Of a stretch of 64,000 nucleotides of DNA, positions 49,721 through 59,133 are shown in pieces. The DNA lies in IMG/VR virus record IMGVR_UViG_3300020477_000014, positions 64,001-128,000 of that record; one strand, written 5' to 3'. A model generated the notes under the pieces. That model saw only the letters and a program-made list of their open reading frames with translations. It did no database searches and was not told the origin of the DNA. Source of the stretch: a virus. The stretch's first letter is position 1. The number at the start of each line of letters is the position of its first letter. The translations under genes were made by a program, and so were the position numbers.

Positions 49721-50467
49721 ATGGCATTTAACCAATTATCCGGTACCATTATTGCTCCAGAATACTTTGGACCCTCCCCGGGGAGTGGTCTGAATAATGT
49801 TATTGTGGGAACTGTCTCTGGTACTCTCCAAGGCAATGCCGCAGATATTGAGGGGGTTCCTCGTATTGTGGCGAATGCCACTGAAAACAACCTTTTAACC
49901 GTTGGGGTAGATGCCGATTCGCTTGTGGGGGAACCAACCCTAACTTTCGATGGTGTTCGATTAAACATATCCGGGCAATTGACCGCAAGTTCTGCTATTT
50001 CCGCTTCGGTCTTTTATGGTTCCGCCGCGGGGTTAACGGACTTGCCAGCCGCAAATGGCGGCGGTCCTTCTGGCGCAATTCAATTTATGACTAATGCCGG
50101 ATCCATTAGTGGATCTGGTGGGTTTTTGTTTCAGAATAACAATTTAAAGATAGATGGCGGTGTAATTGGCAGACGAAGAAACATAGCCTCCAATGTACAA
50201 GGTGCCACTGCATCAGTTAGCGATTACATTATTGGAGTGGACACCACAGCTACTTCTACGGGGATAAGACTTCAGCGCGCCATCACACTTGAGAATGGGC
50301 AAATGCTTGTCATTAAAGACGAGGGAGGATCCGCAAATATTAATAATATCACAATTAATGCATCAGGATCTGATAAAATTGATGGTCAAAGTTCGGTCAT
50401 TTTGCAATCACCTTATGCATCAATCCAGTTATTTTGTAATGGGTCAGGATCCTACTTTATTTACTGA
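49721..50467 (+). CDS. Fibre-like virion protein (248 aa)
   Basis: GGPSGAIQF motif; C-terminal LVIKDE...KIDG...LQSPYASIQL. Confidence 0.55.
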   Translation: MAFNQLSGTIIAPEYFGPSPGSGLNNVIVGTVSGTLQGNAADIEGVPRIVANATENNLLTVGVDADSLVGEPTLTFDGVRLNISGQLTASSAISASVFYGSAAGLTDLPAANGGGPSGAIQFMTNAGSISGSGGFLFQNNNLKIDGGVIGRRRNIASNVQGATASVSDYIIGVDTTATSTGIRLQRAITLENGQMLVIKDEGGSANINNITINASGSDKIDGQSSVILQSPYASIQLFCNGSGSYFIY

Positions 50468-50603
50468 CGAAAATTAAATTACTTTTCGTTGCACTGCTCT
50501 CTAATTAAAGACGATTGGGTGGAATATCCATCCATTCATCCATGAACGGTTGCGACTGTTCATTGGATAGCTTTAAAAACTATATTTATGGAGGGTTTTT
50601 TAT

Positions 50604-51809
50604 ATGGCTTATAAATTTCAATTAGGACCCGCTCTTTTAAGCGGTTCCGTAACACAAAAGGGTGTTGCCCCTGGTTTCATCCAGTTGGTGGACGAAAACT
50701 TTGCTACCAAAATCGAACTTGATGCAGGTCCCGGCGCGATTTCGGGCTCTGGAGCAGCTAAGTTTGGGCTAGATCTTACTGCTAGCGCTGTACACGCAAA
50801 ATCAGAAATTCATGCAAATACAAATGTATCATGTAATGGTGCCATGGTCACCAATAGAATTTCGGACAAAGGTGGGCTTCTGGCTATGACCGGATCTAAT
50901 CAACTGGCTTTTCGTGCCGGTGGCGGCGGTAATGCGTATATAAAGTTCTATAACTCAAGCACTGGCACCAGTGCTGATCACGAATTCTACTCTGGGTGGT
51001 TTCAAAACAGAACCGGTAAAACTTTACTCGGAGCCGATATGTCTCAAGATTCAATATGTACGTTCAAGGAAGGAAATTTTGATAGATTTACTATCGGAAA
51101 CGACACTAGTAAAGACACATTTAGTATCGATTCGGGGAATTCCTTGAGTGATACTCCGTTGCTCTCTGTCGGACCTTTTGATAAAGGCGGCGTTAAAACA
51201 ACAATGGGAATTACTGCTCAGTTGGGTCTAACCGGCGCTTTAAAGTACAGAATGGATCTTGCCCCGGGTGGCGGTCTTGTTAATTCCGGTACCGGAGTTG
51301 GTCCTTTCGACAACACTGGCAACTATAGCTTGGGTCTAAGTGCCTCTGTGTTGAATGCTGCGGCTCCATCTGTTGGTGGTGATTCGATGTTGTTTTATAA
51401 TAACGCTGGTGTGGCTAAGCGGATGAGTATGATTGACTATGCTAACAATATTGCAGGTAATGGTATTACTGCTGTTAGTGGTGTGCTTAGTGTCGATACA
51501 CAGGCGGGAGACCGTATCAGCGCCTGGTCTCATGGAGATGCAAATGCCAACATGAAGGCAGGTATTAACTATGCTAGTGCACAGTTAACTCAAAATCGTG
51601 TGTGGACGCTTCCTTCTGGATCGGCTAATGTCAAAGATGGCGAAGTCTTTCACGTGAAGCTTGCGACTCTTGCTGCGCAGAAGGCTCTAGTTGTTACATG
51701 TCAAGGCGCTGCTAGAATCGATGATAGTCATTTGACAGTTGTTCTCGGTGCAGAATATACTTCTGTTGCTTTTGTGTACGTTGGTGCAGATAAGTGGCGA
51801 ATCGTCTAA
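50604..51809 (+). CDS. Fibre-like virion protein (401 aa)
   Basis: Gly/Ser/Thr-rich; C-terminal WTLPSG...RIDD...LGAEYTSVAFVYVGADKWRIV; GGAGGG SD. Confidence 0.55.
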   Translation: MAYKFQLGPALLSGSVTQKGVAPGFIQLVDENFATKIELDAGPGAISGSGAAKFGLDLTASAVHAKSEIHANTNVSCNGAMVTNRISDKGGLLAMTGSNQLAFRAGGGGNAYIKFYNSSTGTSADHEFYSGWFQNRTGKTLLGADMSQDSICTFKEGNFDRFTIGNDTSKDTFSIDSGNSLSDTPLLSVGPFDKGGVKTTMGITAQLGLTGALKYRMDLAPGGGLVNSGTGVGPFDNTGNYSLGLSASVLNAAAPSVGGDSMLFYNNAGVAKRMSMIDYANNIAGNGITAVSGVLSVDTQAGDRISAWSHGDANANMKAGINYASAQLTQNRVWTLPSGSANVKDGEVFHVKLATLAAQKALVVTCQGAARIDDSHLTVVLGAEYTSVAFVYVGADKWRIV

Positions 51810-51845
51810 TCTTTACTGTTATTTATTAGAAAGCAATGCTTTCAG

Positions 51846-51870
51846 GCACCCCCTCGTGGGGTGCTTTTTT
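51846..51870 (+). terminator. Rho-independent terminator
   Basis: gcacccc-ctcgt-ggggtgc followed by T6. Confidence 0.8.
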
Positions 51871-51882
51871 ATAAGGAGATAT

Positions 51883-52101
51883 ATGAAGACGTTAGATTTA
51901 CATGGAGAAAGGCATTCCGATATTGCTCGAAAGGTAGCAAATTTTATTCTTTTAAACAAACCCCCTTTAAAAATAGTGACTGGGAAATCGCAAAGGATGA
52001 TAGCCATAGTTACACAAATTTTAGACAAATATGATTTTGATTACTATCCGGAATATTTTATCAATTATGGGGCTTATATTGTACAGGAAAAAAGAAGATA
52101 A
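51883..52101 (+). CDS. Mini Smr-like domain protein (72 aa)
   Basis: MKTLDLHG...LKIVTGKS resembles the Smr LDLHG...I(I/V)(H/T)GxG pattern. AAGGAG SD at 51873-78 supports ATG 51883 over the track start 51739. Confidence 0.55.
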   Translation: MKTLDLHGERHSDIARKVANFILLNKPPLKIVTGKSQRMIAIVTQILDKYDFDYYPEYFINYGAYIVQEKRR

Positions 52102-52131
52102 TCGCCCTATTTATAGTGAAGAGGGTTATTT

Positions 52132-53280
52132 ATGGCTTATTATGGTAATCAAAAAACTGATTCAAATAAACACAACACCAAGAATAAAAAAACGGAAGTG
52201 TCCGACACTCATTATCTGGGCGCCGTTACCGCTAGCGCGTTTTATGATTCTTTCGAAAGAAAAACATTACGCCCCCCGGCCATAACCAATATAATCAACG
52301 ATCATCGGAATCGGGTATTGGTGTCGCGCGGCGATGGTACCGCTGTTGCGTTCAAGGGGCTAAGTTTTAATGGAGACTCTTTGCTAGCATCTGCTTATTT
52401 TGGTTCTGGTGTAGGTTTGACGAATCTTCAAGCTAGTGCTTTGGTGGGAAATGTACCATTAAAGAATATTAATTACGGCGCTGGCTTGGTGGCTGCCAAT
52501 AACCAACTTCAGGTAAACATAGCTGAGGGATTGGTGTTAACCAATAACCAGGTTGGTATTAAGACTACGGCGAAAGGAGGTCTTCGGTTGACTCCCGACG
52601 GGATTCGTGTAGATCCTAGCATGGCACCTGAAAAAAGAGCAGTAAGCATTAATGATAGATTTTTGATTTCAGATAGTGATAACCAAGATGCAGCTAAAGG
52701 AGTGGCTATACGATATCTATCTAATTATTTTCAGAACACACTTAATTTTTCGCAGCCTAGTGGCAGAGATGCCCACATTCAGTTTAACAATAATGGGAGA
52801 TTTGGCTCTTCCCCTCATTTGACCTTCCGGGGAGAGACTTTGGCTACTATTAATGTATCCGCGCGCGGACATATACAAGTGGGGACCAATTTATTGAAGG
52901 CTGATCGTACGATGCTAGCATTGCCAAGTGTGCCTATCGATAATTCTACATTACCAAACAATGGTCTTTGCATGTATATAGATGAAGAGCAAAACAAGCT
53001 GATGTTAAAGGTGAAATATTCTACGGGAGTCGTTAGGAACATTGCTGTCGATCTTATAGAGAGGGCGATAGTGCAAGAAGAGGATGATGAATCAGAAAAC
53101 CAAGGCTTCATAATGGATGATGAAAGTATGGATGAAAAAATAGGGATTAACAACCCGAATGACTTGGAAGAGTTGGACGATAAGTCGTTTCAGGATATCG
53201 AATCTCCCGAGATCGAAATGACATCTTCCTCGTCGGGGGGCATTTTGGGTTATTTTAAAAGTGCGTTTACTAAAAAATAA
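52132..53280 (+). CDS. Fibre-like/virion-associated protein with acidic C-terminal tail (382 aa)
   Basis: SAYFGSGVGLTNL and GRDAHIQFNNNGRFGSS resemble segments of 49721; GAGGG SD. Confidence 0.5.
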   Translation: MAYYGNQKTDSNKHNTKNKKTEVSDTHYLGAVTASAFYDSFERKTLRPPAITNIINDHRNRVLVSRGDGTAVAFKGLSFNGDSLLASAYFGSGVGLTNLQASALVGNVPLKNINYGAGLVAANNQLQVNIAEGLVLTNNQVGIKTTAKGGLRLTPDGIRVDPSMAPEKRAVSINDRFLISDSDNQDAAKGVAIRYLSNYFQNTLNFSQPSGRDAHIQFNNNGRFGSSPHLTFRGETLATINVSARGHIQVGTNLLKADRTMLALPSVPIDNSTLPNNGLCMYIDEEQNKLMLKVKYSTGVVRNIAVDLIERAIVQEEDDESENQGFIMDDESMDEKIGINNPNDLEELDDKSFQDIESPEIEMTSSSSGGILGYFKSAFTKK

Positions 53281-53324
53281 CACTATTTAGATAATGGAAA
53301 AGTATTTTATTAGGAGAGTTCTCT

Positions 53325-54509
53325 ATGTCAAGTTTACTTAAAGAAGCGATTGTCGATGCGGCCGCTCTTAAAGAGGCAGCGTTGAAAAACGCAGAAGCAG
53401 CAATTATCCAAAAGTATTCTGCTGAAGTAAAAGACACAATTGATAAATTGTTAGAACAAGATGATTTAACTGCCGAACTAGGCGGAGACCTAAGCGGTGA
53501 AGAAATGGGCGACCCCGGCATGGGTGAAGACCCTGCGGTGGCTGCGGATGCTCCACTGGAAGAGGTTGAAGAAGTTACTGAAGACGATATTCCTTTGGCT
53601 AGCACTAATGGGCTTTCTAAAGAGGTGGGCGTTGGTTTAAACGAAGCCCCTACCGAGGGAGAAAACGTCGAGTTTAATGTCAACTTAGAAGCTCTCCATG
53701 AAGCAATTCAAGAACTGCAAGCGGAATTAGATGAAGAGATTGAAATTACCGAGGAAGATTTAGAAGGATTGCTGGAAGACCCGGAACAACTTGCAGAAGC
53801 AGACCCAACAACTGCCTCTGCTGCGGCAGAGGATGCTGACGTTAACGCAATGGATAGCCTGGAAGACACACCTAATCCACAAAAAGACGAAGAAGGCGAA
53901 GCTGTTGATGCTTCTGTGATGGGCGAAAACGAAGTTGAAGAGATTTCGGAAGATCTCATCGATGCAGTAATGGAAAAACTTACAGTCGATATGGGAGCTA
54001 CCCTATCCGGATGGGCGGGACGCTCATCTGAGTCTATGAAGTGGGAGATTGAAAAAGCTCTTGCACATAGAAGAAGCTCCGATTTCGATGAAGAATTTGA
54101 AGATTTGAAAAAAGCTCACAAAGAATTGGTTTTCGAAAATAACCAAATCAAAGAGCATAATGATAAATATAAGCAGACAGTTGCGCAACTTAAGGAGAAT
54201 CTACAGGATATTAATCTCTCCAACGCGCGACTGCTTTACACGAACCGTGTTCTTAGGAATACCTCCTTGAATGAGCGACAGAAACAGAAAATTGTCGAAG
54301 CTATTTCAAACGCCGGTTCAGTTACGGAGGCAAAGACAATATACAAGACCCTTCAGAGCACAATGGAGACCAAGCAAACAAAGCCCGGTCCACAATCGTT
54401 GAGCGAAGCAATTGGTAGTCGGCCTTCTTTTGTTCGTGCTACTCGCAAAGAAAGTAAACCTGTTGATACTTTAAGCGATAGGATGAAGAAACTAGCTGGA
54501 ATTAAATAA
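53325..54509 (+). CDS. Prohead core/scaffolding protein
   Basis: Highly acidic and coiled-coil; immediately upstream of the major capsid gene; GGAG SD. Confidence 0.65.
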   Translation: MSSLLKEAIVDAAALKEAALKNAEAAIIQKYSAEVKDTIDKLLEQDDLTAELGGDLSGEEMGDPGMGEDPAVAADAPLEEVEEVTEDDIPLASTNGLSKEVGVGLNEAPTEGENVEFNVNLEALHEAIQELQAELDEEIEITEEDLEGLLEDPEQLAEADPTTASAAAEDADVNAMDSLEDTPNPQKDEEGEAVDASVMGENEVEEISEDLIDAVMEKLTVDMGATLSGWAGRSSESMKWEIEKALAHRRSSDFDEEFEDLKKAHKELVFENNQIKEHNDKYKQTVAQLKENLQDINLSNARLLYTNRVLRNTSLNERQKQKIVEAISNAGSVTEAKTIYKTLQSTMETKQTKPGPQSLSEAIGSRPSFVRATRKESKPVDTLSDRMKKLAGIK

Positions 54510-54530
54510 AAATTATGGAGGTATTTAAAT

Positions 54531-56330
54531 ATGTCTAGTATTATTGAAAGACTGACTGAAGGCGTTGTCAACCGCGACATGAAAGCCGAAGGTCATGCTC
54601 TACTTAAAAAATGGGAACGCACTGGTCTCCTTGAGGGATTAACCAATGAGCGTCAAAAAAATTCTATGGCTCGATTGCTTGAAAACCAAGCTAAAGAGCT
54701 TCTTCGCGAAGCAAGTACTATGGCGATGCCAAGTAGCGACGTGGAAGGTTTTGCATCTGTTGCATTTCCTATCGTCCGTCGTGTTTTCGCAGGTCTGATC
54801 GCAAACGATCTTGTTTCCGTTCAGCCAATGAGCCTTCCAAGTGGACTCATCTTCTTCCTTGACTTTACGTTCAACAGCACCCGTATGGATGGCACTGAGG
54901 ACAAGTCAATTTATGGTGGCGATGAGGTTGGTTCAGAGATCACCGGCGGCGTAGACTTGGTGGGAGCCTTGAAGCAAGATTTTGCTGGTCCCCGTACAGT
55001 CGCGGCTCGTGGTTATGCTTACGCATCTCCAACCGGCTCTGGCGCACCAACTGAGGTTACAAAGATAAGTTGTTTTTCTCTGACTTCTTCAACAAATGCT
55101 CAACGACGAGATACTTTGATTTATGATCCTGATATTTTGTCTCTATCGGCTTCTGCTGGTAAATATACTGCTCTTTCTGTTGTGGTGGCCAAAGAAGCTA
55201 TTACAGGTTCTCAAGCTGGCCAACCGGCTGATTATGACAATCTTGGTGCTTTCACTTTGTCAGGGATTACTGCTCTTACCAATGTTGCATCAACCGCAGT
55301 TCAAATTAAACGACTGACCCAGTTGACAACTCTTGCTGGTAAGCCAGATCCTGCCGGCGGTTATGTTCAATTTGTGTTGTTCGGTACCGATGACTCTAGC
55401 GGAATCAAAAACATTGCCGGCACTGCCGCTAATGCTGATGGTTCTTTACACCCCAGTATTACAATCACTTATCCTATTAAAGATAATATCGTGGATGCAA
55501 ACGCTGTTGGCGCAGTTAAGGGTACTCAATTGTGGGGGCTCGAAAACAATACAGCCATCCCTGAGATCGACATCAAGGTCGATAGCATCGCTGTCACCGC
55601 GCAAACCAAGAAACTGAAAGCCAAGTGGACACCTGAATTGGGTCAAGACTTGAATGCTTATCATAACTTGGACGCAGAAGTTGAGTTGACTTCGATCCTT
55701 TCTGAGCAAATTGCTCTTGAAATCGATCGTGAGATCTTGGCTGACCTTGTGAACGGCGCGAAAGCTTCTACCTATTATTGGTCACGTTCTCCTGGTTTGT
55801 TTGTAGATCGTGTCACCGGCAACGAGGTGGGTGCTGCTTCTAAAGCTCCCGACTTTACGGGTACGGTTTCTGAATGGTATGAGACTCTTATTGAAACAAT
55901 TAATGACGTCTCGGCTCAGATCCACCGCAAGACTCTTCGGGGTGGCGCTAACTTTATCGTCTGCGGACCTGAAGTGGCTAATATCCTTGAGTTCACTGCT
56001 GGCTTCCGTGCTTCTGTCACTAATGATGACGAAAGCGGCTCGGTTGGTGCTGTGAAAGTTGGTAGTCTTTCTAAGAAGTTTGACGTTATCGTCGATCCTT
56101 ACTTCATTCGGAATGTTATTCTCGTTGGTCGTCGGGGTTCTAGCTTCCTTGAAAGCGGATATGTGTATGCACCGTATGTGCCACTACAAACTACTCCCAC
56201 AATCTTCGGGCCTGAAGACTTCGTGCCAAGAAAGGGTGTCATGACCCGTTACGCGAAGCAGATGGTTCGTCCAGATATGTATGGATTGGTTATCGTTCGT
56301 GGTCTTCTTGGTGAGGACGGAGGCGCTTAA
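54531..56330 (+). CDS. Major capsid protein (T4 gp23-like)
   Basis: LLENQ, RRVFAGLIANDLVSVQPM, KLKAKWTPELGQDLNAYHNLDAEVELTSILSEQI, YAPYVPLQ, GVMTRYA; GGAGGT SD. Confidence 0.95.
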   Translation: MSSIIERLTEGVVNRDMKAEGHALLKKWERTGLLEGLTNERQKNSMARLLENQAKELLREASTMAMPSSDVEGFASVAFPIVRRVFAGLIANDLVSVQPMSLPSGLIFFLDFTFNSTRMDGTEDKSIYGGDEVGSEITGGVDLVGALKQDFAGPRTVAARGYAYASPTGSGAPTEVTKISCFSLTSSTNAQRRDTLIYDPDILSLSASAGKYTALSVVVAKEAITGSQAGQPADYDNLGAFTLSGITALTNVASTAVQIKRLTQLTTLAGKPDPAGGYVQFVLFGTDDSSGIKNIAGTAANADGSLHPSITITYPIKDNIVDANAVGAVKGTQLWGLENNTAIPEIDIKVDSIAVTAQTKKLKAKWTPELGQDLNAYHNLDAEVELTSILSEQIALEIDREILADLVNGAKASTYYWSRSPGLFVDRVTGNEVGAASKAPDFTGTVSEWYETLIETINDVSAQIHRKTLRGGANFIVCGPEVANILEFTAGFRASVTNDDESGSVGAVKVGSLSKKFDVIVDPYFIRNVILVGRRGSSFLESGYVYAPYVPLQTTPTIFGPEDFVPRKGVMTRYAKQMVRPDMYGLVIVRGLLGEDGGA

Positions 56331-56355
56331 TTAAGAGCATTCTGAAAATTATCAC

Positions 56356-56382
56356 AACCCCCGCCATTTGGCGGGGGTTTTT
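56356..56382 (+). terminator. Rho-independent terminator after the capsid gene
   Basis: aacccccgcc-attt-ggcgggggtt followed by a T-run. Confidence 0.85.
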
Positions 56383-56457
56383 GTTTGTGAAGATACTACT
56401 TAAAGATGTATGCCGATGGATATTCTCGGCGCTTTCATTTTAAGGAGAAATAAGAAA

Positions 56458-56892
56458 ATGGCTGTATCACCGAACTTGGCGAGATTAAAGAAGTTGCTCA
56501 GTGACTTTACTGTGGGAAAAATTAATACGGACAAAAGCGTATCGTTGATGAATTCAACTATCCACCTTAAAGGCGGGGGTGCCGTCGTTCAAACCAACAA
56601 TAAAAGCGAACCAGTGACTTTGAATCGGAATGCCGGCAAAATTACCATGCGCGGAGATGATGCTATGAATTCCGGGGATGTAAGGCACTTTACCCTCAAT
56701 AATGTATACATTAGCGAAGATAGCGTGGTTCTCTTAAATCTTGTCGACAATACTCACGGAAACAAATATATTGCTTGGGTCACTCACTTGAACAACAACG
56801 GATCATGCAGAATAACAGTAGAGAAGATATCTGGCGGCTCAGAAACAGACGCGGTTGTGATCAATTTCGCTGTCTTTCATATCCAAACCTGA
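56458..56892 (+). CDS. Putative head decoration/fibre protein (144 aa)
   Basis: Beta-rich VVQT...VTLNRNAGKIT...FTLNN pattern; AAGGAG SD at 56442-47 favours ATG 56458. Confidence 0.5.
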   Translation: MAVSPNLARLKKLLSDFTVGKINTDKSVSLMNSTIHLKGGGAVVQTNNKSEPVTLNRNAGKITMRGDDAMNSGDVRHFTLNNVYISEDSVVLLNLVDNTHGNKYIAWVTHLNNNGSCRITVEKISGGSETDAVVINFAVFHIQT

Positions 56893-56923
56893 TATTATAT
56901 TCTTAGTATATTCTTAGTAAAAT

Positions 56924-56946
56924 CCCTCCCGAATGGAGGGTTTTTT
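56924..56946 (+). terminator. Rho-independent terminator
   Basis: ccctcc-cgaat-ggaggg followed by T6. Confidence 0.7.
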
Positions 56947-57038
56947 GTTAAAATGTCGATCTGTCAAATTTTACCGCCGGCAAATTTTTGAGATTTTTGC
57001 TTTTTTGTACTAATTACTATACAAAATAGGAGTTTTTT

Positions 57039-57305
57039 ATGGGTAAGCCTTGGAAAAGAATGAAATTTAGACGCAAGCGACAGAAAGCAGCGCAAACCCG
57101 AACACAAGAAGTGTTAGTGTCGGATCCGCCGGCTGTTTCTCCACCCGTGGTAGAGAATTCTCCACCCGTGGTAGAGAAAGTAGAACAAACAACAGAAGAG
57201 AAGCCTGCAATCAAAAAGCCAACACGAAAGCGCACAACTCCTACGTCCAAACCCAAGGTCACAAAACGTGCCGCAAAGAAGACCACAAAAAAGGTCGCAA
57301 AATAA
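57039..57305 (+). CDS. Small Lys/Pro/Thr-rich basic protein (88 aa)
   Basis: AGGAG SD; KKPTRKRTTPTSKPKVTKRAAKKTTKKVAK tail. Confidence 0.55.
   Translation: MGKPWKRMKFRRKRQKAAQTRTQEVLVSDPPAVSPPVVENSPPVVEKVEQTTEEKPAIKKPTRKRTTPTSKPKVTKRAAKKTTKKVAK
57137..57178 (+). repeat. Perfect 21-bp tandem duplication
   Basis: ttctccacccgtggtagagaa x2, encoding SPPVVEN/SPPVVEK. Confidence 0.9.
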
Positions 57306-57368
57306 AACGCTATTACATTTTGAGTTTTAGCTCTATCACAACTATTTAGGATGTAGGAGTGTTTATGT

Positions 57369-58637
57369 ATGCCGACCAATTTAAGCCCAAAATCTCAGAC
57401 AAGTGCTGTAGTATTAACTAGCACAGGATCAGCCGCCGATGTAGCGGCTGCGTTGCCTTTTGGTATTTATGCTAGTTCTGATGCCTTTCTTAGCGGCGCC
57501 GCCTCTCAAGTAGCTTATATATATAAGAAGCTTGGTGGCGATGTTGTTGATATAGAATTAACGCCGGCAAATGTATATGCTGCCTATGAAGAAGCGGTCT
57601 TAGAGTATTCATACATTGTTAATTTACACCAAGGCAAGAATGTCCTCTCTAGTGTTTTGGGAGAACAGACAGGCACATTTGATCAGTATGGAAACCTAAC
57701 TTCAGGACCGAGTGGAAGCAATTTGCGATATCCTCGCTTTTCGTTGGGTTATGCTCGGCGAGTGGGTGACGGCGCCGCGGCTGCCGGTGGTTTTGGTGGG
57801 ACAATTCCCGAATATTCAGCTTCGTTTCAGCCAAAAGACAATCAACAAGATTACGATCTACAAGCGATCATACAGAGCGCCTCTGTCAATGGCGTTGATG
57901 ATTCGGGTCGCCCTGTTGCATATGCTGGCAAGGTGGGAGATAAACGGGTTATAGTAACTCAAGTCTATTATCGATCTCCCCGCGCCATGTGGCGTTTTTA
58001 CGGCTATTATGGTGGCGTTGGAGTGGTAGGTAATCTGACTACGTATGGGCAATATGCGGATGATGCGACATTTGAGATTATTCCAACTTGGCAAAACAAA
58101 ATGCAAGCTATCATGTATGAGGACTCTATCTACACTCGCACATCTCACTATTCTTATGAGCTTATTAATAATAAATTACGACTATATCCTACTCCAAGTT
58201 ATTGGGGATATGACGAATCTAATAGAATATGGGTGAGATTTTATGTTGATTTGGGAGCTTTCGAAACCGGATCGTATAACGTGGGCATAGAGGGAATCAA
58301 CAATCTGAATACATTGCCGTTCGATAATGTACCTTATATTAATATTAATTCTATTGGCAAACAGTGGATCAGGAAATTTTCATTAGCAGTCTGTAAAGAA
58401 ATGTTGGGCCAAATTCGAGGAAAGTTTGCAACTATCCCCATCCCAGGAGATTCAGTTACTTTAAATGCTTCAGATTTGTTAAGTCAAGCTAAAGACGAAC
58501 AAGAACGCCTCAAAGATAAGCTGATGGAACTCCTGAAAGAAACTGAGTACACCGCATTAGCTAAGTCTGATCAAGAGTTGACGGATGCGGCTACCAATAC
58601 TTTAAAAGTGAGTCCGTTGCCAATTTTTGTAGGATAA
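57369..58637 (+). CDS. Neck protein (T4 gp13-like)
   Basis: LGGDVVDIEL, WIRKFSLAVCKEMLGQIRGKF..IPIPG..VTLN; position after the capsid gene. Confidence 0.75.
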   Translation: MPTNLSPKSQTSAVVLTSTGSAADVAAALPFGIYASSDAFLSGAASQVAYIYKKLGGDVVDIELTPANVYAAYEEAVLEYSYIVNLHQGKNVLSSVLGEQTGTFDQYGNLTSGPSGSNLRYPRFSLGYARRVGDGAAAAGGFGGTIPEYSASFQPKDNQQDYDLQAIIQSASVNGVDDSGRPVAYAGKVGDKRVIVTQVYYRSPRAMWRFYGYYGGVGVVGNLTTYGQYADDATFEIIPTWQNKMQAIMYEDSIYTRTSHYSYELINNKLRLYPTPSYWGYDESNRIWVRFYVDLGAFETGSYNVGIEGINNLNTLPFDNVPYININSIGKQWIRKFSLAVCKEMLGQIRGKFATIPIPGDSVTLNASDLLSQAKDEQERLKDKLMELLKETEYTALAKSDQELTDAATNTLKVSPLPIFVG

Positions 58638-58644
58638 TTAATGA

Positions 58645-59133
58645 ATGTCGAATGAATGGAAAAGACCAAAACAACCACCTCCGCCGCTGTTTTTAGGAGA
58701 GAAAGAGCGCAATCTAGTTAAACAGGTTAATGACGAACTTATAGAGAAGGTCATAGGTCAACAAATTCTCTATTATCCTATTGATCTAGAAAGTACTCAT
58801 TTTCACGATTTGTATGGCGAGGCTATCACTAAGAGCTATCTGCCTCCCGTAAGAGTATATGCCTTGGTGGAGTTTACCAAAGAAGGCACTGAGTACCTAG
58901 AGAATGCCGGAGTTGACAAAACGTGGGAAATTATGGTCAATTTTCATCGTCGACGACTAACAGAAGATCAGAACTTGTATGTTCGTGAAGGAGATTTTGT
59001 CTTATATGGGGATTATTATTATGAGATTGTATCTCTTTCGGAGCCACGTAAATTATTTGGCCAAGTAGATTATTCGTTTGAAATTGCTGCTACTTGTAAG
59101 AGATCTAGAAAAGGATTATTCGATGCTACCTGA
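58645..59133 (+). CDS. Neck/head-completion protein (T4 gp14-like)
   Basis: LYGEAI.K.YLPPVRVYAL, VREGDFVLYGD.YYEI; synteny. Confidence 0.65.
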   Translation: MSNEWKRPKQPPPPLFLGEKERNLVKQVNDELIEKVIGQQILYYPIDLESTHFHDLYGEAITKSYLPPVRVYALVEFTKEGTEYLENAGVDKTWEIMVNFHRRRLTEDQNLYVREGDFVLYGDYYYEIVSLSEPRKLFGQVDYSFEIAATCKRSRKGLFDAT

